64,000 nucleotides of DNA from Deltaproteobacteria bacterium (lineage in GTDB: Bacteria; Myxococcota_A; UBA9160; SMWR01), in the NCBI GenBank assembly GCA_032128115.1, contig JAQBHB010000078.1, positions 1 to 64,000 on the forward strand. Direction: 5' to 3'. Positions 1-10,806 of this stretch are shown one piece after another (within the stretch, counting starts at the first letter, position 1; every line of letters begins with the position of its first letter). Made by a program: the position numbers and the translations under genes. Under the pieces are notes generated by a model. That model saw only the letters and a program-made list of their open reading frames with translations, was not told the DNA's origin and did not search any database.

Positions 1-873
1 CTCGGCGTTCCCGATGTGCGCCTGGCCGCGGACTTCTATCGGGAGTTCGGCCTCGAAGAGGTGGGCCCCAACCGGTTCGGAACGATCCACGGAGGCGAGC
101 AGCTCAAGCTCGTGGACGCCCCCCGGCGCGCGTGCCTGGAAATCGGCCTGGGAGTCGACGACCCGGACGACCTGGACCGCATGCAGGCGAATCTGGGCGC
201 GCTGGGCATCGAGGCCGAGCGCCAGGAATCGCGCCTGCACACCGCCGATCCGGGAACAGGCGTCGCGGTGGTGGCGCGCCTGGCCGAGCGAATCGAGCAG
301 AAGCCCGAAGACGCGCCGCTCCGGAACGCACCGGGCCGTCCCGAGCGGGTGGGAGCCCGCGCCGATGCAGTGCTCCCCGACGGCCGCGCGCGGCCGCGCA
401 AGCTGGGCCACGTGGTGTTGGGCTGCCCGGAGCCCGATCTCTCCCGGCGCTTCTTCGTAGAGGGACTCGGCTTCCGGGTCAGCGACGAAGTGCCCGATGT
501 GGCCGCCAGCTTCATGCGCTGCTCCTCGGACCACCACAATGTGCTGGTCCAGCGCGCTCCCGTCCGATTCATGCATCACACTTCCTGGGAGGTCTCGGAC
601 GTGGACGAGATCGGACGCGGCGCCATGCGCCTGCTGGAGGGGCACCCGGAGCGCCACGTGTGGGGTCTGGGGCGCCACAGGGTGGGCTCGAACTTCTTCT
701 GGTACCTCCGCGACCCGGCGGGGAACTTCGCCGAGTACTACAGCGATATGGACGTGATCGTGAACGACGAGTCGTGGCCCCCCAGGTCGTGGTACGGTCG
801 CGACGCCCTGTACTGCTGGGGGCCGCCGGTGCCGGCCGCCTTCATCGCCCCGGAAGACGTGATCCGGACATGA
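1..873 (+). CDS. VOC-family extradiol ring-cleavage dioxygenase-like protein, 5' partial
   Basis: Frame is open from base 1; two VOC domains with LGHVVL, DHHNVL, HHTSWEV, GLGRH and YLRDPAGNFAEYYSD motifs. Confidence 0.85.
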   Translation, partial: LGVPDVRLAADFYREFGLEEVGPNRFGTIHGGEQLKLVDAPRRACLEIGLGVDDPDDLDRMQANLGALGIEAERQESRLHTADPGTGVAVVARLAERIEQKPEDAPLRNAPGRPERVGARADAVLPDGRARPRKLGHVVLGCPEPDLSRRFFVEGLGFRVSDEVPDVAASFMRCSSDHHNVLVQRAPVRFMHHTSWEVSDVDEIGRGAMRLLEGHPERHVWGLGRHRVGSNFFWYLRDPAGNFAEYYSDMDVIVNDESWPPRSWYGRDALYCWGPPVPAAFIAPEDVIRT

Positions 874-894
874 GCCGGTGAGGAGAGCAAGCGC

Positions 895-1773
895 GTGATC
901 TCGAGCGAAGAGCTTCCGAAGAAACGAGCCCAGGTGAAGGGCCTGTCCATGGCCTACGTGGAGGCCGGCGCGGGCGACCCCATCGTGCTGCTGCACGGCA
1001 ACCCGACGTCGTCGTACCTGTGGCGGAACATCATTCCCCATCTGGAAGGCCTGGGTCGCTGCATCGCACCCGACCTGATCGGCATGGGCGACTCGGACAA
1101 GCTCGAGTCGAGCGGCCCCGACCGCTATCGCTTCGTCGAGCACCGGAAATACCTGGATGCCCTGCTGGAGACGCTGGGAGTCGCCGCGAACGTCACCCTG
1201 GTGATCCATGACTGGGGCTCGGCATTGGGGTTCGATTGGGCGTATCGCCACCCGGACGCGATCCGGGGCATTGCCTACATGGAGGCGCTGGTGCAGCCGG
1301 TGACCTGGGACGGCTGGCCGGGGCAGGCTCGCCAGATCTTCCAGGCCTTCCGCTCGCCCGCCGGCGAGGACATGGTGCTGGAAAAGAACGTCTTCGTGGA
1401 GGCGGTTCTGCCGGGATCGGTGCTGCGAGGACTCAGCGACGCGGAAATGGCCGTCTACCGGCGCCCGTTCGCCGAGGTGGGCGAGGCCCGTCGCCCCACG
1501 CTCACCTGGCCGCGACAGATTCCCATCGAGGGCGAGCCCGCCGACGTGTGCGAGATCGTGAAGCGCTACGGCGACTGGCTCGCAACGGCACCCGTTCCCA
1601 AGCTCTTCGTCAACGCCGAGCCCGGCGCGATCCTGACGGGGCCCCAGCGGGAGTTCTGCCGCAGCTGGCCGAACCAGAACGAGGTCACCGTGAAGGGGAG
1701 CCACTTCATCCAGGAAGACTCACCGGACGAGATCGGCCAGGCCATCGCCGATTGGCTCGGGAGCCGTGTCTGA
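895..1773 (+). CDS. Haloalkane dehalogenase (DhaA/LinB-type alpha/beta hydrolase)
   Basis: [30 protein letters not shown] (Asp nucleophile), [26 protein letters not shown] upstream of GTG. Confidence 0.93.
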   Translation: MISSEELPKKRAQVKGLSMAYVEAGAGDPIVLLHGNPTSSYLWRNIIPHLEGLGRCIAPDLIGMGDSDKLESSGPDRYRFVEHRKYLDALLETLGVAANVTLVIHDWGSALGFDWAYRHPDAIRGIAYMEALVQPVTWDGWPGQARQIFQAFRSPAGEDMVLEKNVFVEAVLPGSVLRGLSDAEMAVYRRPFAEVGEARRPTLTWPRQIPIEGEPADVCEIVKRYGDWLATAPVPKLFVNAEPGAILTGPQREFCRSWPNQNEVTVKGSHFIQEDSPDEIGQAIADWLGSRV

Positions 1774-3922
1774 GCGGTTGACGACTCGAACACGGCCGAC
1801 CTCGCACATGACGTTCAGTCCGCGGCTTCGCGCGCTTCACACCCTCGTGCTGCTGGCCTTCGCGCTGGCCCTTCCGCTGCTGGAGCTGCTGGAACGAAGC
1901 GCCGAAAGCCTGCGCGCCAGGAGCTTCGACGGGCTCGACCTGGCGCTGATCGCGGGCGCCGTGGTCTGGGCGATACCCGGGGCCCTCGTGGTGGCCAAGT
2001 GGGGCCTGGAACGGGCGCTGCCCCGCCCCGCCCGGGGAATCCACCTCTCGGCGGTCGCCCTCCTGATTGCGATCATCGCGCTCCAGATCATCCGCGACGC
2101 GGATGCGGGCGAGACCCCGGGCTGGGTGGCGGTGCCCGGCGCGCTCGCGGTCGGCTGGATCGGCGTCCGCGTCTACGCCCGCGCGCAGTTCGTGCCGTTA
2201 CTCCTCGGCCTGCTCTCACTGGCGCTGGCGATACTGCCTCTCCAGTTCCTGCTCTCGGCGCCGGTGCGCCGGATCCTGGCCCCCCCGGCGGCAACCGCCT
2301 ACGAGAACCCGGGAACTCCTGCGGAGGTCCCGGTGGTCTTCGTGGTGTTCGACGGGCTCGCGCTGACTGCGTTGGTCGACGAGGCGGGAACCATCGACGC
2401 CGCGCGCTTCCCCCACTTCGCAGCCCTGGCCGAGGACGCCGATTTCTTCGACAACGCGACCACGGTGGCCAGCGATCGCGCCTACGCACTCGCGGCCCTG
2501 GTCACGGGGCGTTATCCGGACTGGGAGCGCCCCCCCACCGCCGACGAGTACCCGCAGAACCTGTTCACCCTGTTGGGATCGCACTTCGCATTCAATGTGG
2601 TGGAACCCTTCACGACCCTGTGTCCCGATGCCCTGTGCGGAGGGATCGGCATCTCGCGCAGCGAGCGACTCGCGTGGCTCGCACCGATTCTTCCGGGCCT
2701 TGCACTCCGGGTGATTCTTCCCGACGACTGGGCGGATCGCATCGCGGCGGCTGCCGCTGCCCATCGCGCCCTGAACACCAACGAGGAGGGAGCAGCACCC
2801 CGCTGGCGCCAGACCCAACGGGAGCACGCTTATGATGCGAACTGGCTCGCGTCGTCCTTCCTGGATCGCCTGGTGGATCGCAAGGGACCGGCGCTGCACT
2901 TCCTGCACCTTGCACTTCCTGACGCTCCCTTCCACTACCTGCCATCGGGCCTCGAGTACCGCCCCACACCCATCCACCCGGATGCGCGCATGGTTCCCAA
3001 CGCCCGCGTGGACCTGGAGTGGGCCGAGACCCAGGCGCTGCAGCGCCAGCTCCTTCAAATGGTCTATGCCGACACGCTTCTAGGTCGGATGCGCACGCAA
3101 CTCGAAGACGAAGGCCTGTATGACCGCGCCCTGTGGATCGTGACGGCGAGCCGGGGCAGCAGCCTGCGACCGCGAACGTCTCGCACCGAACTCGACGACA
3201 ATCTGGACAATGCGCACGACCTGCTGTGGGTGCCGCTGTGGGTGAAATTGCCGGGACAGCGCCGGGGCCATGCCAGCTCGCGCAACGTGGAGAGCATCGA
3301 CGTGCTTCCGACGCTTCTCCAGGTGCTGGACGTGCGAGCACCGGAGCCCGTGGACGGGACCTCGCTGTTGTCGGAGCCACCCGCTGCGCGAAGCGAGAAG
3401 ATCGTGACGCTCCCGGCGCGAGGCGACGACCCGTTGCAGCGCGCGCGAACGTCGATCCCCCCACGGCTTCCCGAAAACCCCCGCACGGTGGGCCGAATCA
3501 GCCACCTCTTCGGACGCGAGGGCGGGGTCGGTGCCCTGTACACAGTGGGAACCTACCGAGCGCTGTTGGGCCAGGATGTGAGCGGCGCGCGCGCCGATCA
3601 CGACTCCGCCTACCGGGTGCGTCTGGGAGACGCTTCCGCCTACCAGGCTGTCGATCGCGGCACCGGCTTCGTCCCCGCCCACGTCACGGGAGCCATCGAG
3701 GACCACGAGGCCCTGGGACCGGGCCCCGTCGACCTGGCGGTAGCCGTGAACGGCTCGATCCGGGCGGTGACCCGCAGCTTCCAGGATGCTGACGGTGTCA
3801 CCCGCTTCACCGCCATGGTTCCCGAAGCGGCATTCGACACCGGCGCCAACCGGGTGGAGATCTTCCTGATCCTGAAGCGGAAAACGGGCGTCGCCCTGGT
3901 GCAGACGTCGCTCAACCCTTGA
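1766..3922 (+). CDS. Membrane-anchored sulfatase/alkaline-phosphatase-superfamily protein, apparently degenerate active site
   Basis: About 5 N-terminal TM segments, then [41 protein letters not shown]; start uncertain (1766 or 1808). Confidence 0.75.
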   Translation: MSERLTTRTRPTSHMTFSPRLRALHTLVLLAFALALPLLELLERSAESLRARSFDGLDLALIAGAVVWAIPGALVVAKWGLERALPRPARGIHLSAVALLIAIIALQIIRDADAGETPGWVAVPGALAVGWIGVRVYARAQFVPLLLGLLSLALAILPLQFLLSAPVRRILAPPAATAYENPGTPAEVPVVFVVFDGLALTALVDEAGTIDAARFPHFAALAEDADFFDNATTVASDRAYALAALVTGRYPDWERPPTADEYPQNLFTLLGSHFAFNVVEPFTTLCPDALCGGIGISRSERLAWLAPILPGLALRVILPDDWADRIAAAAAAHRALNTNEEGAAPRWRQTQREHAYDANWLASSFLDRLVDRKGPALHFLHLALPDAPFHYLPSGLEYRPTPIHPDARMVPNARVDLEWAETQALQRQLLQMVYADTLLGRMRTQLEDEGLYDRALWIVTASRGSSLRPRTSRTELDDNLDNAHDLLWVPLWVKLPGQRRGHASSRNVESIDVLPTLLQVLDVRAPEPVDGTSLLSEPPAARSEKIVTLPARGDDPLQRARTSIPPRLPENPRTVGRISHLFGREGGVGALYTVGTYRALLGQDVSGARADHDSAYRVRLGDASAYQAVDRGTGFVPAHVTGAIEDHEALGPGPVDLAVAVNGSIRAVTRSFQDADGVTRFTAMVPEAAFDTGANRVEIFLILKRKTGVALVQTSLNP

Positions 3923-4286
3923 CGAGCTTCCCCAGCGAGGGCGAGCCGGGCACGACGATCCGCGAGGCCTCGTGCCTCTGCATCTCCCGCGCCTCCTCGA
4001 TCAGCCGCTCGACGCCCTGCTTCACTGCCTCGGGAAACTTGTCCATGGCCTCCTCCAGGCTGGCGGCCTCGATGGGACAGGTCAGCGGGACGGGGCCGGC
4101 CTGGGACAGCAGCTGGGTCTGGCCGATGAACAGGGTCGGGCGGGTGTCGTCGGACGTGCCGTCGGGCTTGATGGGCGTAAGCCGCTGGATGGTGGCAACC
4201 CGCAGGTCGGTGAACGTCTCTTCCCGGTAGAGATTCGTCCGATCGACCTGGATGTCGCCGATCGGGCCCTGGCCCTCACTGCTCAC
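3912..4286 (-). CDS. Conserved hypothetical cytoplasmic protein
   Basis: NLYREETFTDLRVATIQRLTPIKPDG-type small protein; AGGGGG RBS-like sequence upstream. Confidence 0.75.
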   Translation of the reverse strand: MSSEGQGPIGDIQVDRTNLYREETFTDLRVATIQRLTPIKPDGTSDDTRPTLFIGQTQLLSQAGPVPLTCPIEAASLEEAMDKFPEAVKQGVERLIEEAREMQRHEASRIVVPGSPSLGKLVKG

Positions 4287-4365
4287 GTCAGTCCCCCTTG
4301 CTCCTGAACGGCATCCGAGCGAGGCCGCAGGGTACCACGGGGCCGACGCAGCGGCTCCCTCACGG

Positions 4366-5178
4366 CTAGGTGGCCCTTCTCCGTCGGTGGATCCAGGCGA
4401 TCAGGCGGTGGGTGAGGCTTGGGAACGCGCGCTTGAGCCAATCGGTGATGTACGCCTCGGGCCGGATGATCAGCCGCATGCGATTCCGCTCGATGGCGCG
4501 AACGATCTTGCGAGCCGCCAGTTCCGGGGGCGCGCCGAAGCTCTTGAACTGTCTGGAGGCCGTCTCACGGGTGTCGGCATCCGAGAAGCGCGCGGAGTCC
4601 ACGATGTGGGTGGCGATGCCGCCGGGGTGGACACAGGTCACCCCCACCCGGCTGTCCGAGAGCTCGGCCCAGAGCGACTCGCTCAGGCCCCGCACCGCAA
4701 ACTTGGTGGCGCAGTAGGAGCTCTGCTCCGGCCAGCCCACGAAGCCGAACATGCTGGAGAGATTCACGATGTGAGCCTCGTCCTCGCGGCGCAGGTAGGG
4801 CAGGAAGAAGGCGCACCCGTAGACCACGCCCCAGAAGTTGATTCCCACGATCCACTCGAAGTCGTCGAGATCGTGCTTCTCGAACGAAGCGGCCACGCTC
4901 ACGCCCGCGTTGTTCACCAGGATGTTCACGCGGCCGTGGTCGCCGATCACTTCCTCCGGGAGGGCCTGCATGCGCGCCCGATCGGCCACGTCGGCCCGGT
5001 GCAGGGAGGTCTTGCGCCCGCTGGCCCGGATCCGGTCAGCGGTCCGCCGCATCCCGTCCTCGTCCACGTCCACCAGGGCCACGTCGCATCCGCGACGGGC
5101 CAACAGCTCGGCCGTCGCGGCGCCGATGCCGCTAGCCGCGCCGGTGACCACCGCTACCCGGTCGGTGAAGCGCCGCAT
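4366..5178 (-). CDS. SDR family NAD(P)-dependent oxidoreductase
   Basis: Start at MRRFTDRVAVV; TGAASGIG, NNAG, YCATK. Confidence 0.92.
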   Translation of the reverse strand: MRRFTDRVAVVTGAASGIGAATAELLARRGCDVALVDVDEDGMRRTADRIRASGRKTSLHRADVADRARMQALPEEVIGDHGRVNILVNNAGVSVAASFEKHDLDDFEWIVGINFWGVVYGCAFFLPYLRREDEAHIVNLSSMFGFVGWPEQSSYCATKFAVRGLSESLWAELSDSRVGVTCVHPGGIATHIVDSARFSDADTRETASRQFKSFGAPPELAARKIVRAIERNRMRLIIRPEAYITDWLKRAFPSLTHRLIAWIHRRRRAT

Positions 5179-6068
5179 TCCACACTCTCGACCCGATCCA
5201 CGAACTCGAAGAAGGACAGCATCACCCGGGCGGGCGCCTCGTATTGCGGGTAGTGGCCGACACCCTCCAGCAACACCATGTCCGGGTTCGGCACCAGCTG
5301 CCCGTACCTCTCGGCCATGTGGCGACCCGACACGGGGTCCTCCGTGCCGACGATGAGGCGCAGCGGCACGGCGGTGCACTCCAGGGGCCCCACCCAACGA
5401 TCGCGGTGCTCCAGACGCTCGCGCAGGTACCGGATCACGAGATGTCCGATCCGGTTACCGTCCTCGTGCTCGACCAGCGACCAGAAATCGTGAATCTCGT
5501 CCGGACCGGGTCGGGTGTTCGGGCCGAAGATCCCGGTGAAATTCCGTTGGAAAGCGCGTTCGTTCGAGAGCCGGCTCAGCAGCGGGCCCACGGGCGAGAG
5601 CAACAGCTTCTGGACGCGCAGCGCCCGGTGCACCTCGGGAAACAGGCCCCCGTTCAGGAAGCAGATCGAGCGGATCTCGAAACCCGGCTCCTCGGTCGCA
5701 CGACGGGCCTCGAAGCGGGCCAGCAGTTCCTGGCCCACCGTGTCGCCGTAGTCGTGCACCAGCAGGTGGGCCCGTTCCACGCCCAACGAGGCCAACAACG
5801 ACTCGATCAGGGTCGCCTGGTCCAGGATCGAGTAGCTGTAACGGCACGGCTTGGCCGAGAAGCCGAATCCGATCATGTCCGGCGCCACCAGCCGGTAGCG
5901 AATACCCAACGGCTCCCATACCCGGCACCAGTCCCACGACGCCGTCGGGAAGCCATGGATGCAGACCACCGCTTCGCCGGATCCCTCGTCGCGATAGAAG
6001 ATGGGGTGGCCTTCGTAGGAGAAGGCCTTTCCCGCGGCCCGCCAGTCTTCGAGTGTGGGGGGCCTCAG
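5154..6068 (-). CDS. Alpha/beta hydrolase (epoxide hydrolase/Mest-like), probable CTG start
   Basis: HGFPTASWDW, DMIGFGFSAKP, HDYGDTVGQE, GHYPQYE; CTG overlaps the upstream TGA, with GGAG 8 nt upstream. Confidence 0.85.
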   Translation of the reverse strand: MRPPTLEDWRAAGKAFSYEGHPIFYRDEGSGEAVVCIHGFPTASWDWCRVWEPLGIRYRLVAPDMIGFGFSAKPCRYSYSILDQATLIESLLASLGVERAHLLVHDYGDTVGQELLARFEARRATEEPGFEIRSICFLNGGLFPEVHRALRVQKLLLSPVGPLLSRLSNERAFQRNFTGIFGPNTRPGPDEIHDFWSLVEHEDGNRIGHLVIRYLRERLEHRDRWVGPLECTAVPLRLIVGTEDPVSGRHMAERYGQLVPNPDMVLLEGVGHYPQYEAPARVMLSFFEFVDRVESVECGASPTG

Positions 6069-6874
6069 CGACCGAGCTCCGCGCGGCGAAAGGCGAACAA
6101 TAGACCGGCGAGTCCAATGGCGGCCCACAAGACCAGGCGCAGCCACAAATCGGTCCCAGCCCCCTGCGCCGCCGCCCCGTCGACCCACGGCGAAACCGAG
6201 AACACCAGACCACCCGCCAGGGGCGGACCGAAGCGATCCAGCGCGCCCAGCAGGCCGGAAAGCTCGACTCCCGCCCTGGTGAAAAGGTTGACGCTCGCCA
6301 CAGCCGCCACCCCTGTCAGCACCACCAGCGCCGTCGCGATCCGCGGCAGGGCCAGCGACGAGAGCATGGCGAAGGCGGCTACGATACACGAACCCAGTGC
6401 GCACGCGGCACCGCCAAGCACGGCGGCGGAAAGATCGGCGCCGGCTCGAGCGTGCATCAGCACCGCGGTGGCGCCCAGCAGCACGAATCCGGCCGAAAGG
6501 GCGATGACGAGCGCGCCGGTCAGGCGAGCCAGGGCGAAAGCGGTGCGACCCACCGGCCGCGACAGGGTGAGGGCCGCGCTGCCGTCGACGAGGGTCTGCA
6601 CCAGGTGATCCGAGGCCAGGATTCCCGAGAGCACCATGATCCAGAGGCCCAACACCACGAAGATCATGGCGCCGCCCCAGCCCGCGGTCGCTTGCGGATC
6701 CAGGGTCTGGCCGTTGACGACCGTCGACCCGCTGGCGCAAGCCGTGCAGCTGTCGATGGCCAGCAGTGACAGCAGGGAGATCACCACGATCACGGGCACG
6801 ATCCGCCGGCGCACGCCGTCGCGGATCGCCTCCACCGCCAGGAGCCGGAAGACGCGAGGTGCCGGCACACTCAT
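6065..6874 (-). CDS. ABC-2 type transporter permease
   Basis: About 6 TM segments; LTLSRPVGR loop motif; ATGA overlap with the upstream ATPase. Confidence 0.75.
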   Translation of the reverse strand: MSVPAPRVFRLLAVEAIRDGVRRRIVPVIVVISLLSLLAIDSCTACASGSTVVNGQTLDPQATAGWGGAMIFVVLGLWIMVLSGILASDHLVQTLVDGSAALTLSRPVGRTAFALARLTGALVIALSAGFVLLGATAVLMHARAGADLSAAVLGGAACALGSCIVAAFAMLSSLALPRIATALVVLTGVAAVASVNLFTRAGVELSGLLGALDRFGPPLAGGLVFSVSPWVDGAAAQGAGTDLWLRLVLWAAIGLAGLLFAFRRAELGR

Positions 6875-7581
6875 CCCCGCACCACCCGCACGAAGGCATC
6901 CTCCAGGTCCTCACCCGGTTGGAGCAGCTCGTCAAGGCGCCCGCTGGCGGCGATCCGGCCTTCGTGCATGATCGCCACCCGGTCACATGTGCGCTCCACC
7001 TCCGACAGGATGTGAGAACTCACCAACACGCTGCAGCCGCGATCGCGAGCCCGCCCGATCCAGTCGCGCGCATCGCGCACACCGATGGGATCCAGCCCAG
7101 AGGTCGGTTCGTCGAGCAACAGCAGCCCGGGCTCCCCCAGGAAGGCCTGGGCGAAGCCCACCCGCTGGGAGAGTCCCTTGGAGAGTCCGCCGATGCGATC
7201 GCGAAGCCGATCGGCGACGCCGGTCATCTCCGCAGCGCCCACCACCGCAGCGTCGAGCGCAGATCCCTCGAGACCTGCCAGCGCGGCGTGGAGGCGCAGG
7301 AAGGCGCCCACGGTCATCCGGTCCGGGAGAACCAGACGTTCGGGCAGGTAGGCCACACCCTCGCGAGACGCCGGGTCGGTGGGATCGCGACCGTGCAGCC
7401 GCACGCTGCCCTCGTCGGGCCGCGTAAAGCCAAGCAGCAGGCGCAGCGTGGTGGTCTTTCCGGCGCCGTTGGGACCGAGCAGGCCCAGGGCCGCGCCCGG
7501 CGCAAGCGACAGATCCACCCGGTCGAGCGCAAGGCGCGCGCCAAAACGTTTGGATACGGCCGCGAACTCCAGGCCCAACAT
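6871..7581 (-). CDS. ABC transporter ATP-binding protein
   Basis: GPNGAGKTT, LSKGLSQR, LLLDEPTSGLD, SSHIL. Confidence 0.93.
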   Translation of the reverse strand: MLGLEFAAVSKRFGARLALDRVDLSLAPGAALGLLGPNGAGKTTTLRLLLGFTRPDEGSVRLHGRDPTDPASREGVAYLPERLVLPDRMTVGAFLRLHAALAGLEGSALDAAVVGAAEMTGVADRLRDRIGGLSKGLSQRVGFAQAFLGEPGLLLLDEPTSGLDPIGVRDARDWIGRARDRGCSVLVSSHILSEVERTCDRVAIMHEGRIAASGRLDELLQPGEDLEDAFVRVVRG

Positions 7582-7602
7582 CAGCGCAGCGCTGGACCGC
7601 CT

Positions 7603-8463
7603 TCAGTCCTTGATCTGTGCGAGGCACCACATGAACGACTGCAGGTCGAACATGTCCGTCGGCTCGAGCTCCGCGGCTACCTGACGAAGCACGCGAGCGA
7701 ACGCGAGCAGGTGTCCGTAGGTCGCGCGGTTGGGGTGGGACCGATAGCCCAGGTCGAATCGGCACATCGCCGCCGCATTCTGGGTGAGGGTCGGCTTGAG
7801 GATCATGTAGTCGTTTGGGAAACGGATGAACGTGAAGTACGTCACGAGCGTCCAACGTGCCGCGGAGAGTCCCTTGAGCACGTCGGCGAAGCGCTTGAAG
7901 CGCACATCCGGATCGTCGTCGCCGTACAGGTTCTCGCGCAGGCCCAGGGCGAACACGCCGCGATTCTCGGGAATCTTGAGCGCCTTGGTGAGCGCTGCGC
8001 GATCGTTGGGGTACACCAGGTTGGTCTTGCCGATCACCCGCAAGGCGCGCTTGCCCACCTCCTCGAATGACTCCTCGGCGATCAGGCCATCGATCACCTC
8101 CAGGCCCAGGAGTTCCTGCATGGCCTCGTGGGCGGCCATCTTGGGTGCACGATCCTCTTCCAGATAGGTGGGGTCGCGGAAGCCCTCGGGGAACCTGGCC
8201 ACGAAGGCGGCGACCGCGTCCCGGGGCCCCAGATAGCGGGACTCGGCGCCCAGGGATTCCAGATCCAGATGATCGAGCCAGGCGTCGCTGGCATCCTCTC
8301 CCTCGACGCTCTCGAGCAGAGCGTGCTTGAGTGAGAGCGTCTTGCGCCCGGCTTCCCGGAACAGGATCGCGACCTTCCCGGCCGCGGGCTCATGGATCAC
8401 CTGCCCAAGACCCCATTCGGGCTTGGTGGACATTCGGACCCGGTCGTCCTTGTGAATTTCCAT
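7603..8463 (-). CDS. DUF3553-like domain-containing protein
   Basis: N-terminal RVRMSTKPEWGLGQV SH3-like motif; C-terminal helical domain ending DLQSFMW. Confidence 0.7.
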   Translation of the reverse strand: MEIHKDDRVRMSTKPEWGLGQVIHEPAAGKVAILFREAGRKTLSLKHALLESVEGEDASDAWLDHLDLESLGAESRYLGPRDAVAAFVARFPEGFRDPTYLEEDRAPKMAAHEAMQELLGLEVIDGLIAEESFEEVGKRALRVIGKTNLVYPNDRAALTKALKIPENRGVFALGLRENLYGDDDPDVRFKRFADVLKGLSAARWTLVTYFTFIRFPNDYMILKPTLTQNAAAMCRFDLGYRSHPNRATYGHLLAFARVLRQVAAELEPTDMFDLQSFMWCLAQIKD

Positions 8464-8561
8464 CCGTCAGCTTCCCCCCCAACCCGCGATTCTGCCACAA
8501 CCGGGGCGTGCGCGTCGCCCTGAGTACCGGGTAGTCTCCGTGCGGGGGATTCGACACGGTC

Positions 8562-9002
8562 ATGGCTGATCTGCGGGACCTTCAGATCTCGGCTCGTACC
8601 GTCCTGCCGGGCCGGATGCTCAGGGCCCGATTCGCCCGCTCGAGTGGGCCTGGCGGGCAAAACGTCAACAAGGTGGAGACCAAGGTCGACCTGCGTCTGG
8701 ACCTGGATGCCGCGGTCGAGGTGCTGGGTGAGCGGAACGTGGCCCGGATCCGGAGCAAGCTGGCCACCCGCATCGATGCAGATGGGAACCTGCAGGTGGT
8801 GAGCCAGGAACATCGGCTCCGGGCCCGCAACCTGGACACAGCACTCGCGCGCGTGGAGACCCTGGTGCGAGAAGCCCTGGCCCGCCCCAAGCCCCGCAGG
8901 CCCACGGCACCGTCTCGGGCCAGCCGCCAGCGACGGCTGGACCAGAAGAAGAATCGAGGCCGCGTCAAGCGCACGCGTCGCCCTGTGAGCGGCGAGGATT
9001 GA
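8562..9002 (+). CDS. arfB: Alternative ribosome-rescue peptidyl-tRNA hydrolase ArfB
   Basis: RSSGPGGQNVNKVETKV GGQ motif and basic C-terminal tail. Confidence 0.93.
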   Translation: MADLRDLQISARTVLPGRMLRARFARSSGPGGQNVNKVETKVDLRLDLDAAVEVLGERNVARIRSKLATRIDADGNLQVVSQEHRLRARNLDTALARVETLVREALARPKPRRPTAPSRASRQRRLDQKKNRGRVKRTRRPVSGED

Positions 9003-9016
9003 GGAATCGAACGGGG

Positions 9017-9703
9017 CTACGGGGTCGCGGTTTCGGACGCGGTCTGCAACGTGGCATCCAGGCTGCCCGGAGCCTCGCTGAAGACCGCTTCGCCCAGCGG
9101 TGCAAAGGTCTCCCAGTCGAGCCCGCCCCAGTGGATCCGGAGCACGCCCACGGCATTCACATAGCCCGTACGACGGTCGTAGCGCACCGGGGAGACCGAC
9201 TGGCACGGATCGCTCGACGCGCTGCAGAACGAGAACACTTCGTGCCCGAACAGATACTTGGGAGGCGAAAATCCCGCCGGCTTCAGGGTATTCATCTGCA
9301 CGCGGATGGAGGGCTGGACTCTCGATTCGAACGGGCCCCAGTCGAGCGTCCGAGCCAGCACCCCGGCGGTTCCCGCCGCGATCACGTCACCGGTGGCCGC
9401 TTCGAATGTCCAGGTGAAGTTCTCGAAGGTCCCCGCGATGGCGTCGAAGCCCGCCATCAGCTCGCTCTCCACCAGTTCCCCGGGCATGCTGACCGAGACC
9501 TGCCCAGCCCGGTCGGCCGGGACGAACCAGGCGGGCAGATTGCGCGTGTAGACGGAGTCGAGCTGTCCGGGGCGGTCGGGAGGTGAGACCTCGAAGGCGA
9601 CGAATACCCAGCGAGGCAGCGGGTTGCCCAGGTCCATGGGCTCCGCGTTGGCCCTTGACGCGAAAATGGCGAGCGCGATCGCGACCAGGACTGCGCGCGG
9701 CAA
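9017..9703 (-). CDS. Hypothetical secreted protein
   Basis: Signal-peptide-like N-terminus (AIALAIFASRANA), beta-rich mature part, Cys pair FC-x6-C. Confidence 0.65.
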   Translation of the reverse strand: MPRAVLVAIALAIFASRANAEPMDLGNPLPRWVFVAFEVSPPDRPGQLDSVYTRNLPAWFVPADRAGQVSVSMPGELVESELMAGFDAIAGTFENFTWTFEAATGDVIAAGTAGVLARTLDWGPFESRVQPSIRVQMNTLKPAGFSPPKYLFGHEVFSFCSASSDPCQSVSPVRYDRRTGYVNAVGVLRIHWGGLDWETFAPLGEAVFSEAPGSLDATLQTASETATP

Positions 9704-9929
9704 TTGTCGACCCTACCCTCGTGTTTCGGCTCGGAGAGTGCTCCTCACCGGTCCACCAGCTGTCTTTTGCAATCCAGGTACCAACTGCGGGGGAGGCTTC
9801 GAAGGCGCTCTAACACCGCCAGAACGCGCGAGAGGTCCTCATGTGCAACTCATACGCAACTCGTGCGCTGCGTCGGGTGACGAAAAGTGGCATTTTCTTT
9901 CCACTTTTCTGCGCACCTCGTGACCCGGA

Positions 9930-10754
9930 TCACGCTCTCGGCACACACATGAGCTGGGCGCCGCCACTGGCCAGCAGCTCACCACTGGAGCTCCACACCC
10001 TTCCGAGGGTGCCCATGAGGCCGGCTTCCGCCACGGGGCAATCGTGGTCGGCAAGCAGCCAGTCGCTCCCCGGAGCGGCGCGATGAAACCAGACGCTCAC
10101 GTCCAGGTTTGGGGCCTGGAAGGGCGACTCCGGATGAGGCTGGCAGGCCGCGGGCCACGACAGGGTATCGATCAGCAGCAGCGACCGGGCGGCGTCCAGG
10201 AAGGGGTCGTCGAACGTGGCACGCGGTCGGAACCGGTACCACTCGCGCCACACCGGATCGCGGGCCACCATCCGCTCGTGGATGCGCTCCGGGAAGAGCG
10301 GGCGAACCTCCAGGTTCTGCCAGAAGGCCATGCCCGGCGCGTCCGCTTCGATCAGCTTCTCGACGCTCAGGAGCGAGTCCGGGCCCGGAACCTCGGGCGC
10401 CCGCGCCACGTCGTGTTCGAGGCCAGGAACCGGTGACGCGGTGCGCACCAGGGACGTGAAAACCGTCCGGCCGTCCTGCTCGATGTCCACCCGGAACGAC
10501 TCGGCCCGGCGCCCCTGGCGCATGGGCGTCACGTTCACCTGCACCGGCGCGAAGCGGGCGACGCTCAGGAAGTGTCCGGCGAAACTCGACGGGCGCTTGA
10601 TCTCGGCTTCCCGCCCCGCCGCCCGCAGAGCGATGGCTGCCAGGTACCCGCCGTTGGGCCCCCAGATCTCCCAGTCCTTGGAAAGATTCGCTCGGTAACC
10701 GCCCGATTTCCCGACGACCGCCTCGAGCCGGGTGTCGACTTCCAGGTCCCCCAT
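9930..10754 (-). CDS. Acyl-CoA thioesterase family protein (double hot-dog, TesB-like)
   Basis: WGPNGGYLAAIAL, LDVSVWFH, GRVWSSSGELLASG; GGAGGAGG RBS. Confidence 0.85.
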   Translation of the reverse strand: MGDLEVDTRLEAVVGKSGGYRANLSKDWEIWGPNGGYLAAIALRAAGREAEIKRPSSFAGHFLSVARFAPVQVNVTPMRQGRRAESFRVDIEQDGRTVFTSLVRTASPVPGLEHDVARAPEVPGPDSLLSVEKLIEADAPGMAFWQNLEVRPLFPERIHERMVARDPVWREWYRFRPRATFDDPFLDAARSLLLIDTLSWPAACQPHPESPFQAPNLDVSVWFHRAAPGSDWLLADHDCPVAEAGLMGTLGRVWSSSGELLASGGAQLMCVPRA

Positions 10755-10806
10755 GGCCTCCTCCGTCGGGCGCCGCTGGAAGGTAGCCCGGCCGGAAGCC
10801 GTCCGA

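Noticed and set aside
5154..6986. 610-aa version of the hydrolase (similarly the extended ORFs 28942-30675, 57697-59295 and 48232-50412)
   Set aside because: The extensions overlap other real genes in another frame or strand; starts were trimmed
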